From Candidatus Babeliales bacterium (GTDB lineage: Bacteria; Babelota; Babeliae; Babelales; JANWKD01): DNA of 64,000 nt. The DNA is taken from NCBI GenBank assembly GCA_963722075.1, contig CAVRJM010000001.1, positions 1,120,001 through 1,184,000 on the forward strand. Direction: 5' to 3'. The notes under the pieces were generated by a model that was not told where the DNA came from, searched no databases, and saw nothing but the letters and a program-made list of their open reading frames with translations. The translations under genes were made by a program, and so were the position numbers. How positions within the stretch are numbered: position 1 is the first letter of the stretch; every line of letters begins with the position of its first letter. Shown here in pieces: positions 47,318 through 57,684 of the stretch.

Positions 47318-48355
47318 TTAAAGAGATGCAATTTCTTGATTATATAATTGTTCGTAACATTCGATCAGATAAGCCATTCGCTCTTGATCACTTGGATGTC
47401 TATGAAAGTCAAATTTCTCATTTAACCAATCTTCTGTTTTCAATCTGTATTTTTTCCATTCATTTTCATCTGTTGTTTTAATTTTTTCGTTTGTTTGATC
47501 TTCAGATAGTTCTGATGGCACTTTCTTTTCTAAATAACTTAAAGGCGAAATCCCTAACCATGCCATACCACCAGCAGTAGCTTCTAAAGAATATGCTGCC
47601 GAAAGATCAGCTCTTTTTTCTAGGTATCTGGAAATTGATCCAATAGCTTTTCTATGCATCAACCAATGCAATCCAGGATTGCATAATAATCCTATATCAA
47701 TAATGGAAAATAGTTTAGATTTATCTTGTTGCCCACCAAAACATGCAGCTAATGCGCTACGGCATAGTTGAAAAGATCCATATATTACTAAAGGGCTCAT
47801 TATTTTTGTTAATGCCAACAAGAGCGAATGCCGCTCCTTAATGTGGGTAAATTCATGAGCAAGAACAAATTCTTTTGATTGGATAGATAGCTGTGTGAAT
47901 AATGAATAAAGATACAATACACTATCTAATGACGCCGCTCCAGGATTACTAGGAGAAGGACAATAAACGGTGTAAAAATTATACCGAATTTTTGCCGATA
48001 ATTTTTCTATATTCAATTCTTTGGCAACTTTGCCGATTATTGAAACTAATTCATTGCTATCGATAGAAGTAGCTGGATAGACAAGAATACCATATGGAGT
48101 CTTAAGAGTTATTCGTTCAAAATTAAGCTTAGAATACTTTTTTAAATCATCTAAACTGAATCCTTCTGATTGCTTATTACTATAACTCATCAAAGCACAG
48201 ATCCCCTGATATAATGGATATGCACCAACAATTAATCCTGATATTTGGTAAATACCTTCTATTACCTTATGCTCATGATGATACGATTTATAAAAAGCGG
48301 ATGAGGAATGCATTAACAACAATGCATAAAGAAAGAAAATAGATTTTTTAATCAT
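47318..48355 (-). CDS. Secreted M48-like zinc metallopeptidase
   Basis: FVLAHEFTH, EKRAD..A, HPSDQERM. Confidence 0.8.
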   Translation of the reverse strand: MIKKSIFFLYALLLMHSSSAFYKSYHHEHKVIEGIYQISGLIVGAYPLYQGICALMSYSNKQSEGFSLDDLKKYSKLNFERITLKTPYGILVYPATSIDSNELVSIIGKVAKELNIEKLSAKIRYNFYTVYCPSPSNPGAASLDSVLYLYSLFTQLSIQSKEFVLAHEFTHIKERHSLLLALTKIMSPLVIYGSFQLCRSALAACFGGQQDKSKLFSIIDIGLLCNPGLHWLMHRKAIGSISRYLEKRADLSAAYSLEATAGGMAWLGISPLSYLEKKVPSELSEDQTNEKIKTTDENEWKKYRLKTEDWLNEKFDFHRHPSDQERMAYLIECYEQLYNQEIASL

Positions 48356-48356
48356 T

Positions 48357-50123
48357 TTATTTCTTTGGTGGCAGCAATTTTAAGCCGTATTCTTTTAATT
48401 GCGCATCTTCAACTTTTGTCGGTGATTGCATCATCGGATCATAGCCACGAGCAGTTTTAGGAAACGCGATAACTTCTCGTATTGAAGGTGCATTAGAAAG
48501 GAGCATAATAAGTCGATCTATACCTAAAGCAATACCGCCATGGGGCGGAAACCCAAGTTCTTGCGCTTCTAGTAAAAAACCAAATTTTTCTTGCATCGCT
48601 TCTTCATTAAGACCCAATAATTTAAATACTTTATCTTGAATCTCGCTATTAAAGATTCGAATGGATCCGCCACCCAATTCCACCCCGTTCAATACTAAAT
48701 CATAGGCACGCGCTTTCATCTGAGATGGCTCTTGCTGTTCCCAACCAGGTGCCGGGGAGGTAAACGGATGGTGTTTAGAATTCCATTGCTTAGTTTCTTT
48801 ATCAAATTCAAATAACGGAAAGTCAGTAACCCATGAAAAATGAAGCTGGCCTTCTGGAATGATGGCAAGCTTGTGTGCCAATTCCAGGCGTAATCTACCC
48901 AAATAGGTCCATGAATCTTCATATTCTCCGGCAATTAAAAAGAGTGTATCACCAACGGTTAATTCTGGGCATATGGTTTTTAATCGCTCAAACATATTGG
49001 GGGGGAAAAATTTTGCTACCGGCGCTTCAAGAACATTACCTTCAGCCACACGGATCCAAACCAAGCCGCTATTGCATGTTTTTTGTGCCCATTCCACAAA
49101 TCCATCAAGCTCTGAACGGGTAAAGTTTTTATGCACCAGCAAACCACCAACCTTGCCACCGCTATCTAAAATTTTTCTTAAAAAAGTGAGTTGTGTGTCA
49201 CCAAAAGTAGTAGTAAAATCTGAAATTTTTAAATCAAAACGTAAATCGGGTTTATCTGAGCCATACTTGCCAAAAGCTTCATCATAACTCATGCGTGGCA
49301 GCGGTACGGTCAATTCCATACCAAAAAGGTTTTTAAGAAGATGAACAAAAAGGTTTTCGATCAAATTCAACACATCTTCTTCATTAATAAATGACATTTC
49401 AATATCAAGCTGGGTAAATTCTGGCTGACGATCAGCGCGTAAATCTTCATCTCTAAAGCAGCGGGCTATTTGAAAATAACGTTCAAATCCACTCGCCATT
49501 AATAGCTGTTTATACAGCTGCGGCGATTGCGGTAACGCATAAAAGCTTCCTTGATGAACTCGGGAAGGAACTAAGAATTCGCGTGCACCTTCAGGGGTAT
49601 TTTTAGTTAAAATCGGCGTTTCAATTTCATAAAAACCATGCTCGTTAAAAAAAGAACGCATTGCAAACACAATTTTATGACGTAACGCAATATGCTGTTG
49701 CATTACTGGGCGGCGCAAATCGATATACCGATATTTAAGGCGTAATTCTTCATCAATTGATTCTGCGTCAAGCGCAAACGGAATAGTTTTAGATTTATTA
49801 AGGATTGTTAAGCTATTTACCTGCAATTCCCATCGACCAGTTGCCAGCTCCCTATTAATAGTCTCGGCAGATCGTTCCACCACTACACCGGTTACTGCGA
49901 TCACATATTCTGAACGAAGCGAATGCGCTAATTCATGCGCTTGAGCTGAATATGCTGGATTAAAGACGAGTTGCATATAACCACTACGATCACGTAAATC
50001 CACAAAAATTAAACCCCCATGATCACGGCGTGCATTCACCCATCCAGAAAGATCAATGGTTTTACCTAATAATGTTTCATTTACTAATCCACAACCGGTC
50101 GTTCTTTTATAACACTTTTGCAT
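48357..50123 (-). CDS. aspS: Aspartate--tRNA ligase
   Basis: RRDHGGLIFVDLRDRSG, TPEGAREFLVP, ARCFRDEDLRADRQPEFTQ, ELGGGSIRI, PPHGGIALG.DR. Confidence 0.98.
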   Translation of the reverse strand: MQKCYKRTTGCGLVNETLLGKTIDLSGWVNARRDHGGLIFVDLRDRSGYMQLVFNPAYSAQAHELAHSLRSEYVIAVTGVVVERSAETINRELATGRWELQVNSLTILNKSKTIPFALDAESIDEELRLKYRYIDLRRPVMQQHIALRHKIVFAMRSFFNEHGFYEIETPILTKNTPEGAREFLVPSRVHQGSFYALPQSPQLYKQLLMASGFERYFQIARCFRDEDLRADRQPEFTQLDIEMSFINEEDVLNLIENLFVHLLKNLFGMELTVPLPRMSYDEAFGKYGSDKPDLRFDLKISDFTTTFGDTQLTFLRKILDSGGKVGGLLVHKNFTRSELDGFVEWAQKTCNSGLVWIRVAEGNVLEAPVAKFFPPNMFERLKTICPELTVGDTLFLIAGEYEDSWTYLGRLRLELAHKLAIIPEGQLHFSWVTDFPLFEFDKETKQWNSKHHPFTSPAPGWEQQEPSQMKARAYDLVLNGVELGGGSIRIFNSEIQDKVFKLLGLNEEAMQEKFGFLLEAQELGFPPHGGIALGIDRLIMLLSNAPSIREVIAFPKTARGYDPMMQSPTKVEDAQLKEYGLKLLPPKK

Positions 50124-50183
50124 ATATTTTTTCTAAAGTTATTAACATGAATTATATTTTTACTAATTTTCACCTTTCCAGAA

Positions 50184-50286
50184 CGTCATCCCGAGCGAAG
50201 CGTGGGGATCCAGTGAATAAATAAACGTCTTTATATTTTATAACTGGATTCTTACGATCTTGCAAAAAGCAAGATCTCAGAATGAC
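50184..50286. repeat. ~103-bp composite element (inverted type-A pair), copy 2
   Basis: Near-identical to 45147-45248. Confidence 0.9.
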
Positions 50287-50370
50287 CTATAGGAGAAATT
50301 TTAGTATAGCATATTTACGCCAAGATTAAATATCACCAAAAACTACTCTAATAATTCTTTTTGAAATAAA

Positions 50371-51144
50371 TCATAAAGTGATTTTTAATAATGTTTTTAA
50401 TTTATCCGTTAACAAAATTTCATCGTTTGATTCATACGGGATTAATCCCATACATTCATTATGAATTACGCTTAAATCAGATAGACAACAATTTTTAGGA
50501 CAATCAATACTGTGAGTTTCCAAAACTTTTGATACGTAAGGTATATTATAATGACGAACTACCCATAAAGGAGTTCTATCAATAAAATTAGGTTTATTTG
50601 GATTAGCACCACGATGCAATAGTGTAACAATAATACGAATTGCCTTTGAACGCCACGCACTAATATGAGATTTTTCAACCGCGCGATATAAAGGGGTTTT
50701 TAAGGTTACTTGTTCCTGACCATCAATTTCTGCGCCCAATTCTAGCAATACTTCAATTAAATGAGCATCGAGATTTTCAACAGCTTTAATTAATGGCGTC
50801 ACATTAAAAGCAGATTTATTAATATCTGCTCCGTTAGTATGTAACCAACGCACTAAAGATTCATCACCATTACGAACCGCTTCGATTAATGGACTTAAAT
50901 CCTGATAGACTTCATTAACATCAGCTCCCCTACTAACCGCAGCTTCGAGTTGTTGAATTGGCGCTTTATCTTTTATTAAGCGAATAAATGGCGGATATAT
51001 TTTTTTTGATTCAAATGTTTCAGGTTTTTCAGAAATTTGCATGGCGTATAAGAATGACCAGTTACAAAACAAAAGTGTTATATAAATCCATTTTTTATTA
51101 ATACAATAATTCATGAGCATCATTTTCCTTCTTTTGCGCTTCAT
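50371..51144 (-). CDS. Secreted ankyrin-repeat protein
   Basis: SPLIEAV..GADIN, TPLIKAV..LGAEID, TPLYRAV..RGANPN, TPLW. Start is probably about 51114. Confidence 0.88.
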   Translation of the reverse strand: MKRKRRKMMLMNYCINKKWIYITLLFCNWSFLYAMQISEKPETFESKKIYPPFIRLIKDKAPIQQLEAAVSRGADVNEVYQDLSPLIEAVRNGDESLVRWLHTNGADINKSAFNVTPLIKAVENLDAHLIEVLLELGAEIDGQEQVTLKTPLYRAVEKSHISAWRSKAIRIIVTLLHRGANPNKPNFIDRTPLWVVRHYNIPYVSKVLETHSIDCPKNCCLSDLSVIHNECMGLIPYESNDEILLTDKLKTLLKITL

Positions 51145-52456
51145 TTTTTAATTTTGAATACAGCTCTTTCCATGGTAATTTCTTTTCAGGAACATAAAAT
51201 TTAGTTGCAAGTTTACGAATACCTAAATATGACTGCGTATCAGTTTCATTCGTTACAGTAACAGGGGTGATTACTGTTTCTTCTGCTATACACAGAGGAG
51301 CTTGCGCTGTTGGATAAATAGTTCGCATAAAATAGGAATAACCACTAAAAGGCGACTCATATTCTTTTAATAAATTACCATCAAAATCATAAATGCTAAT
51401 TATTTTTTTGTAATCATTTACTGCTAATTGAAATACAGATCGGTATGCTATAATTTTATTTGAAGCAGTAATAGAAAGAATGGTTCCTATATCATCAAAC
51501 GATTTTATTACTCTTGTACTAAGATCCAATAAGCTAATCGTTTCACTCATAGAATGACCAAACCCAATAACGGTACTGGATGGATTGAGAACAACTTGGT
51601 TTACATTTTCTTCAATAGGTAATTGATGGTAAATATATGGTGGATTATTATGAAATAAATAGGTACTATTGCAGCCACCACATACAATAAAAAAAGCATC
51701 ATTATGGGAAAAAATGATATCAGCAGGGCTGCAGGTACCGGCTAACCCAATAGTCGTTTTTTGAATTTCTTCGACTGGTTTATTAGTTGGAATTATGCTA
51801 ATGAAATTATTTATGCTTCCAACTACGAGCAAATCGCCCTTATGTGAGAATGCAACTTTATAATTATGCCCCGATCCTGGTAAATTACATTTTAAATCAA
51901 AATTATCATCTCTTTTTTCAAATAAAGAACAACTACTTAAATCGTTTCCAACTTCAGCTTTGAAATTGCCATCAGGAGAAAAAGCCACCATATCCGTAGC
52001 CATTCTCTGATCCCAATGAATAAAATCACCACAACAAATAGGGCGGCATCTCTCTTTGCCAACTGGAACAACCAATTCTTTCCATCTATTGCAAAAATAA
52101 TCCGCCCAAGAAAGGTCCTCACAAGAAAAACCTTCAAATAATGAATAGCCTAGATTATCCAACGTTGCATCACACAAAAATCTTTTGAATTTTTTATACT
52201 CTTCACGCGTGCAATCTTTAAAATTTTTCTTCAAATGTTCAATATAAACAATAAGTGCTTTTTCTTTTAACGGTCTTACCGTTGCTAATGCTTTTACCGA
52301 TAACAACCATGTTGGCAGTTCAATTGTTTTTGATGAAGTACAGCAATTTGATTTTGATCCATCTACAATTGCAGATGGATTTTCCATCGCATTAATGGAT
52401 CCAATTAATGATAATAGAAAAACAGTTTTATAAATGGCAAGCGCATTTAGTGGCAC
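51098..52456 (-). CDS. Secreted WD40/beta-propeller protein
   Basis: VAFSPDG, VAFSHKGDLLVVGS, IIFSHND, VVLNPSS blades; signal peptide followed by MEN. Confidence 0.8.
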   Translation of the reverse strand: MPLNALAIYKTVFLLSLIGSINAMENPSAIVDGSKSNCCTSSKTIELPTWLLSVKALATVRPLKEKALIVYIEHLKKNFKDCTREEYKKFKRFLCDATLDNLGYSLFEGFSCEDLSWADYFCNRWKELVVPVGKERCRPICCGDFIHWDQRMATDMVAFSPDGNFKAEVGNDLSSCSLFEKRDDNFDLKCNLPGSGHNYKVAFSHKGDLLVVGSINNFISIIPTNKPVEEIQKTTIGLAGTCSPADIIFSHNDAFFIVCGGCNSTYLFHNNPPYIYHQLPIEENVNQVVLNPSSTVIGFGHSMSETISLLDLSTRVIKSFDDIGTILSITASNKIIAYRSVFQLAVNDYKKIISIYDFDGNLLKEYESPFSGYSYFMRTIYPTAQAPLCIAEETVITPVTVTNETDTQSYLGIRKLATKFYVPEKKLPWKELYSKLKNEAQKKENDAHELLY

Positions 52457-52485
52457 GATTTTTTCCTTTAAATGCTCATTAAGCT

Positions 52486-54753
52486 TTAGAACCTATATTC
52501 TAAACCAAAGTTAAGAGTATATGCCGTATCATTCCATAGCAATGCCAACGGAATTCTATCAAATCCAGTAGGATCCAATTTATCAAGCAACTTCTGTTGC
52601 TCTCTATTAAGTGGCATTCCTCGAATATCTTTAAAGTGCGATCCTGGTATAAATACTGATCCCACTACAAATAATTTGAGGCTCTTGAATAAATCTATAT
52701 CAAAGAAGGTATTAATTTCGGTTCCCAAGAAATTGCGTGCAAGTTCATGAATGGTACGCTTTAATCGGAAATCAAATTTGCGAGTCGCATGTTGCTGCCA
52801 ATATACTAAAAGATTCGGTCGCAAATTAAACGATTTGCTTTCAACTTTTGGACTCCATAATGCTGAGCTACCCACAAAAATTAAGTTAGTAAATCCTGAA
52901 ACTATAGTCGGTACCGTAACCAATATGTTCGATGATTGTGTCGGTGTTGTTAATGGGCGCGGGATTCTACCGGCACCGCCTAGAATAAAGGCACTTTGTA
53001 CTCGATTACCACTATAAATTTCTTGTAATCCAATAAACCCTTTATAATCACCATCTACGTTGCTATCACCAGGATTGTGTAAATCAAGATTTGGATTTTC
53101 ATCACCTGATGCCACCCCAAAACCAGCTGCAAATCGTAACGTACGCTCATTAAACCAGTAAGCGCCATCCGAAACAACCATCCATCCTTTGAGTTTATTA
53201 TTATAAGGGTTTCTAAAACGATTAATATCATTAAATAATTGAATAGGTAATCCCGTTTGCGGGTCAATTGCCGTACCAATTAATAACCCATTTTGAGAAG
53301 CATCTTGCGCTGAATTATCTATAATTTGCTGTATAATTTTTCCATTAGGATCATTTGGCGCAAAAACTACTTTAGGCGCTTTAGGGTTCACGGTAGGATC
53401 TTCTGTAACCACACGACTGTTAACTAGGGTAAATACGCCCTTAACATTTTCTTTTTCAATAAAGTTTCTATCCCACCCGCGCACATGTTGCACCCCAAAG
53501 TTGAAGGCTGTATCAAAGCCCCATTCGAAATTATTAAATACAAACTCCCCAGAGCACCCCGCAGTACCAAGCCTCGCACTCGCATCAGCTAAAAATTCAA
53601 TCGTTTGCTCAGGGTTGTTATTATAAAGAAGATACGGTTCAAAAGAAGCAACGGTACATTCATTTTTTACGGGAAACCATTTCACGCGACTGGCAATAAC
53701 AAAATCAACATGACCCGGACCGCGTTCAGGGGAGCGCAACCGACCAAATTCTTGTCCAAATATCTTTTCACCCGTAGCATTTAAGCTATCACCTTTATTT
53801 TGCAAAATCGCTCCATATAAATCCATACTCAATTTATTAGGAACAAATTCAGCATTAAACTTATAACCAAATGCATATTGATCAATGGAGTTATCAGAGA
53901 AGAAGCCAAGCACGCCCGGATTCACTGCATATGCTGAACCAAGTGCAATACCACGGCCTAATTCAAAAGGAAACGCTCCCAACATAAAATATAATTTAGA
54001 TTTAAAATGTAAGTTAAGCGCTTCATTTATATTAAAACTAAACCACAATTCTCGAATCCAGAATAATTGACGCGTAATACAATGCGCATGACCAGCATCT
54101 AAGCTATCTAATGTTTTTATTTTAGTATTGGTTGTACGCACTATGCTTTCCGGATTACCCCACACAGACTTATTTCGCATCGTCACAAAAAAATCTGCCA
54201 CATTGTATCCATAACATTTTTTACCGTAATCAAGCGCAAAATTTACGTCAATGGTGCTACGACTAAATTGAATAAAATCAGCTCTATTGTGATTATTAAG
54301 CAAATTAGCGTTACGCGCCAAAAAGCTTTCTGGTTTAAATTTAATCTGAAACTTACCCGTTAAATTTCCCCATCCAAACGCCATTGCTTCCTGCGTATAA
54401 TCAATCGGCCCAAGCCCACCGGAAGCGGCAGAGTCTCCAACCGGTGACGCTGTTTTAAATACTAAGGCATTTTTAGTTGATGCTCGACCAAAATTTTCAG
54501 CCATTGGCTCCGCTGTTAACGTTGCCTCTTGATTAGCTATATCAAATTCTGCATTATCATTAGTAAATACATCATAAGGTCGACCAGCAAGACGCGGGTC
54601 TTCAGCTGCAAATTTGGTAGATTGAGGCGCTAAATCTTCTTTGTCACCAACTAAAATATATTCATCATCTGAGAGCGTTGAGTTTTCTACAATGCCATTA
54701 ATTGCACCAAACGAAATAAGGGCTAGCGCAATAATTGACAAGAACTGAATCAT
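52486..54753 (-). CDS. Outer-membrane beta-barrel protein
   Basis: Signal peptide, many amphipathic strands, C-terminal beta-signal LNFGLEYRF. Confidence 0.75.
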   Translation of the reverse strand: MIQFLSIIALALISFGAINGIVENSTLSDDEYILVGDKEDLAPQSTKFAAEDPRLAGRPYDVFTNDNAEFDIANQEATLTAEPMAENFGRASTKNALVFKTASPVGDSAASGGLGPIDYTQEAMAFGWGNLTGKFQIKFKPESFLARNANLLNNHNRADFIQFSRSTIDVNFALDYGKKCYGYNVADFFVTMRNKSVWGNPESIVRTTNTKIKTLDSLDAGHAHCITRQLFWIRELWFSFNINEALNLHFKSKLYFMLGAFPFELGRGIALGSAYAVNPGVLGFFSDNSIDQYAFGYKFNAEFVPNKLSMDLYGAILQNKGDSLNATGEKIFGQEFGRLRSPERGPGHVDFVIASRVKWFPVKNECTVASFEPYLLYNNNPEQTIEFLADASARLGTAGCSGEFVFNNFEWGFDTAFNFGVQHVRGWDRNFIEKENVKGVFTLVNSRVVTEDPTVNPKAPKVVFAPNDPNGKIIQQIIDNSAQDASQNGLLIGTAIDPQTGLPIQLFNDINRFRNPYNNKLKGWMVVSDGAYWFNERTLRFAAGFGVASGDENPNLDLHNPGDSNVDGDYKGFIGLQEIYSGNRVQSAFILGGAGRIPRPLTTPTQSSNILVTVPTIVSGFTNLIFVGSSALWSPKVESKSFNLRPNLLVYWQQHATRKFDFRLKRTIHELARNFLGTEINTFFDIDLFKSLKLFVVGSVFIPGSHFKDIRGMPLNREQQKLLDKLDPTGFDRIPLALLWNDTAYTLNFGLEYRF

Positions 54754-55007
54754 GAGGCACCTGGATAAAAAATAATAATAAACAAAAAAATGAATGAGGG
54801 ATGCACAATTAAAATAATATTTATTTTAAAATTGTTGTCTTACATGGTCGTTAATTCAAAAAGTAATGATTTTTATTAATTTGTCAAATAAATGTCTACT
54901 TAAAATACTCTATTTTGTGCATCCATTAGGTCTTTCCTTTTGATGCATCTTATCTCTTTACAACCACCCCACAAATAAGTAAGGTAACCAATATATCATT
55001 TTTATAT

Positions 55008-55904
55008 GTGGATTTTATGAAGAAAAAGCATCGCCTTTTACTAGGCGCTCATATGTCAGTTGCCGGCGGCTATGAACAGGCTCTTATTAAAGGAGTCTCT
55101 ATTGGTTGTACTGCCATTCAATTATTTACTAAAAGCAATCGTCAGTGGAAAGCAAAAGCAATATCACCCGACCAAGCAGATCTTTTTAAAAAAACAGCAC
55201 AGCAGCTCTCAATTGAAATCGTGGCTCATGCCAGTTACCTTATTAATCTAGCAAGTAACGATGCCGCCATCACCAAAAAATCGATTATGGCGCTTATAGA
55301 AGAATTGGAGCGCTGCACCGCTCTGGCAATACCATATCTGGTATTGCATCCAGGATCGGCAGGCAAAACGCCTCTGGCAGAAAGCCTAGCATGCGTAAGC
55401 GAGTGCCTTAATTATGTTCTGGAGCATGATAAGGGATTGACTATGATTTTATTAGAAAACACCGCAGGGCAGGGTTCAAGCGTAGGATCTACTTTTGAAG
55501 AATTAAAAACCATTTTTAATGGAATTACCCATAAGAAAAGAGTTGGATTTTGTTTTGACACCTGCCATGCTCTGGCGGCAGGCTACGACTTTAGAACACC
55601 AAAGCTGTATACTCAAATGTGGGATCATTTTGACAAACTTATTGGCCTGCAACATCTTAAGGTTTTTCATATGAATGATTCAACCAAGGATCTCAATTCT
55701 CATGTTGACCGCCATGCACATATCGGTAAAGGAAAAATAGGACTTGAAGGGTTTGGTCTTATTATGAATGATCCACGTTTTTTTGATCTTCCTAAGATTT
55801 TGGAAACACCTAAAACAACAACCGATTTAAAACATGATCTTGAAAATTTGGAGACCTTGAAGGGTCTTTTAACAAAAAAGACAAGGTCTGATTTGGAAAT
55901 GTAA
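55008..55904 (+). CDS. nfo: Endonuclease IV
   Basis: LGAHMS.AGG, HASYLINL, LHPG, LENTAGQG, DTCH, HMNDS, DRHAHIG, ILETP. Confidence 0.97.
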   Translation: MDFMKKKHRLLLGAHMSVAGGYEQALIKGVSIGCTAIQLFTKSNRQWKAKAISPDQADLFKKTAQQLSIEIVAHASYLINLASNDAAITKKSIMALIEELERCTALAIPYLVLHPGSAGKTPLAESLACVSECLNYVLEHDKGLTMILLENTAGQGSSVGSTFEELKTIFNGITHKKRVGFCFDTCHALAAGYDFRTPKLYTQMWDHFDKLIGLQHLKVFHMNDSTKDLNSHVDRHAHIGKGKIGLEGFGLIMNDPRFFDLPKILETPKTTTDLKHDLENLETLKGLLTKKTRSDLEM

Positions 55905-55923
55905 TTAGGAATCAATTTTATAA

Positions 55924-56177
55924 CTGGATTCTTACGGCTTAACAGCCTCAGAATGACAATGGGTTCTCTAAAATGTCATCCTGAGGAGTGCGCGTCCGAC
56001 TTTGCTAAGGCTACGCCGGATTCCGTAATAGCAAGCGCGTGTCCGGCGTAGTTCTAAACGGAGACGGAACGTAAGGATCCAGTGAATAAATAAATCGAAA
56101 ATTAATAACGGAACCTGGATTGCGTCAACAAGCCATGTCCGCCGAAGCTCCGCGAGCGAAGGCCGGATTGCAATGAC
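55924..56177. repeat. Three type-A palindromes, two with type-B inserts
   Basis: Units at 55924-55957, 55975-56082 (long insert) and 56114-56177 (short insert). Confidence 0.88.
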
Positions 56178-56580
56178 ATGGCTACAATAACAAGACAAGT
56201 AAGAAGAAATAATATGGTAATACTATAAAATCATCTAAAGTACGGTTAAAAAACAGAGAATGGTAATAACCCAAAGAACCTTTTTAAATAAGCTAAGAAG
56301 GAATTGTAATAAATTTTATAAAGGTTGATGAGTTATTACCCTCAAAAGCAGTGCTTCTACTCATATTAGCCTTAAAACCAAACTATCACAGTGGCTATAT
56401 GGAGTTTAATAATACCTAACTAAACTTGAAGCTTTATCATTTTGATGCAAAGAAAATAAAAAACAATAAATTCCATTATGACAAATTTTGCAACAACAAA
56501 AAAACCTGTAAAAAACAGTAGATTTGGCAAATCAGCGTTTCGCAAGTAAAAATATTAAAAAAAGGCAACAAAATCACCCC

Positions 56581-57603
56581 TCAATGGCTCAAAAGTGAGG
56601 ATTTTCGCTTGTAGGAAAGCATAAATAGCCACCCGAGTAAGAAGATACCCCCCATTAAAACCAAGTGGAGGAGGCTTATATGATTGTAGGAAAATGCCAA
56701 GCCAATATTCATAAGAAGAAATGACAAAATTGTACAATAGAGCAGTATTTCCCATGTAGACCAGCCATTTCTTTTAAGATACAAACAAAAATGATGTGGG
56801 CTACCCTGGTAAAAGGGGATACCGTAATAGGTTCTAATTATAATTAGAAATGTAACTTCCAATAAAGGAATTGATAAAATAACTGCTGGTGTTAAAAAAC
56901 CATAGCCATTATAAACACTCCAATTAAAAAGAAAGGGCACTGTTGCCAGTAAACCACCAATAAATAGTGATCCTGCATCACCTAAGTAAATCTGAGCCGT
57001 GGGTTTATTATAATAAAAAAAAGCCATTAATGCGCCCAAAAAAGCTCCCAGCAACAAGGTAATATTATAATGACCAAATAACAGCGCAATAATGATAAAG
57101 GCAGTTGTAGCGGTCATTGCTAAGGTGGTGGCAAGCCCATCCATGACATCTACCAGGTTAAAAGCATTCACCACTGACAATATCCAAAAAAAAGAGATGG
57201 GAATCGTCCAATAATTAGAAAGAAAAAATAGCTCTTTAAGATGAAAACCCGCCTTTAAAAAACAAAGAGCAGCTACTGATTGCCCAAAAAATTTTTGATA
57301 AGGCTTAATACATAAAAGATCATCGATTAAACCAACGAAAAGTAAAAGAGTTGTTCCTACAATAAATTGCAAAATTTGATTTTCAAAAGGGTATACTAAT
57401 GCTAATGAGACTAAAAAACCTATATAAACGGCTATACCACCCAAGTAAGGCGTTGCTTTTGCATGGTTTTTAATTTTTCCATCAGGCACATCAAGTACTT
57501 TTAAACGAATGGCAAACGACATTACCAAAGGAACTAAGTAAAACGTTATTAAAAAAGAGATAATAATAGAAAAAAACAGCTTTAAAGCAATAATAAAATT
57601 CAC
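56581..57603 (-). CDS. Glycosyltransferase family 4 (WecA/MraY-like polyprenyl-phosphate HexNAc-1-P transferase)
   Basis: TPYLGG, GLIDD, NAFNLVDVMDGL, IYLGDAGS; multiple TM helices. Confidence 0.92.
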   Translation of the reverse strand: MNFIIALKLFFSIIISFLITFYLVPLVMSFAIRLKVLDVPDGKIKNHAKATPYLGGIAVYIGFLVSLALVYPFENQILQFIVGTTLLLFVGLIDDLLCIKPYQKFFGQSVAALCFLKAGFHLKELFFLSNYWTIPISFFWILSVVNAFNLVDVMDGLATTLAMTATTAFIIIALLFGHYNITLLLGAFLGALMAFFYYNKPTAQIYLGDAGSLFIGGLLATVPFLFNWSVYNGYGFLTPAVILSIPLLEVTFLIIIRTYYGIPFYQGSPHHFCLYLKRNGWSTWEILLYCTILSFLLMNIGLAFSYNHISLLHLVLMGGIFLLGWLFMLSYKRKSSLLSH

Positions 57604-57684
57604 AGTACTCCCTTTTTTTACCAGAGTTGTAAATGAAATAAGTGTAAAAATCTCTTATGCAAATTTCAATAAATTAATTTTATG

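Noticed and set aside
54799..54924. 10-bp inverted repeat GGATGCACAA/TTGTGCATCC in a divergent promoter region
   Set aside because: Short, widely spaced and single-copy; no function can be supported.
55968..56198. 76-aa ORF (likewise 15639-15842, 15664-15864 and 50030-50224)
   Set aside because: These are translations of palindromic repeats with no evidence of coding.
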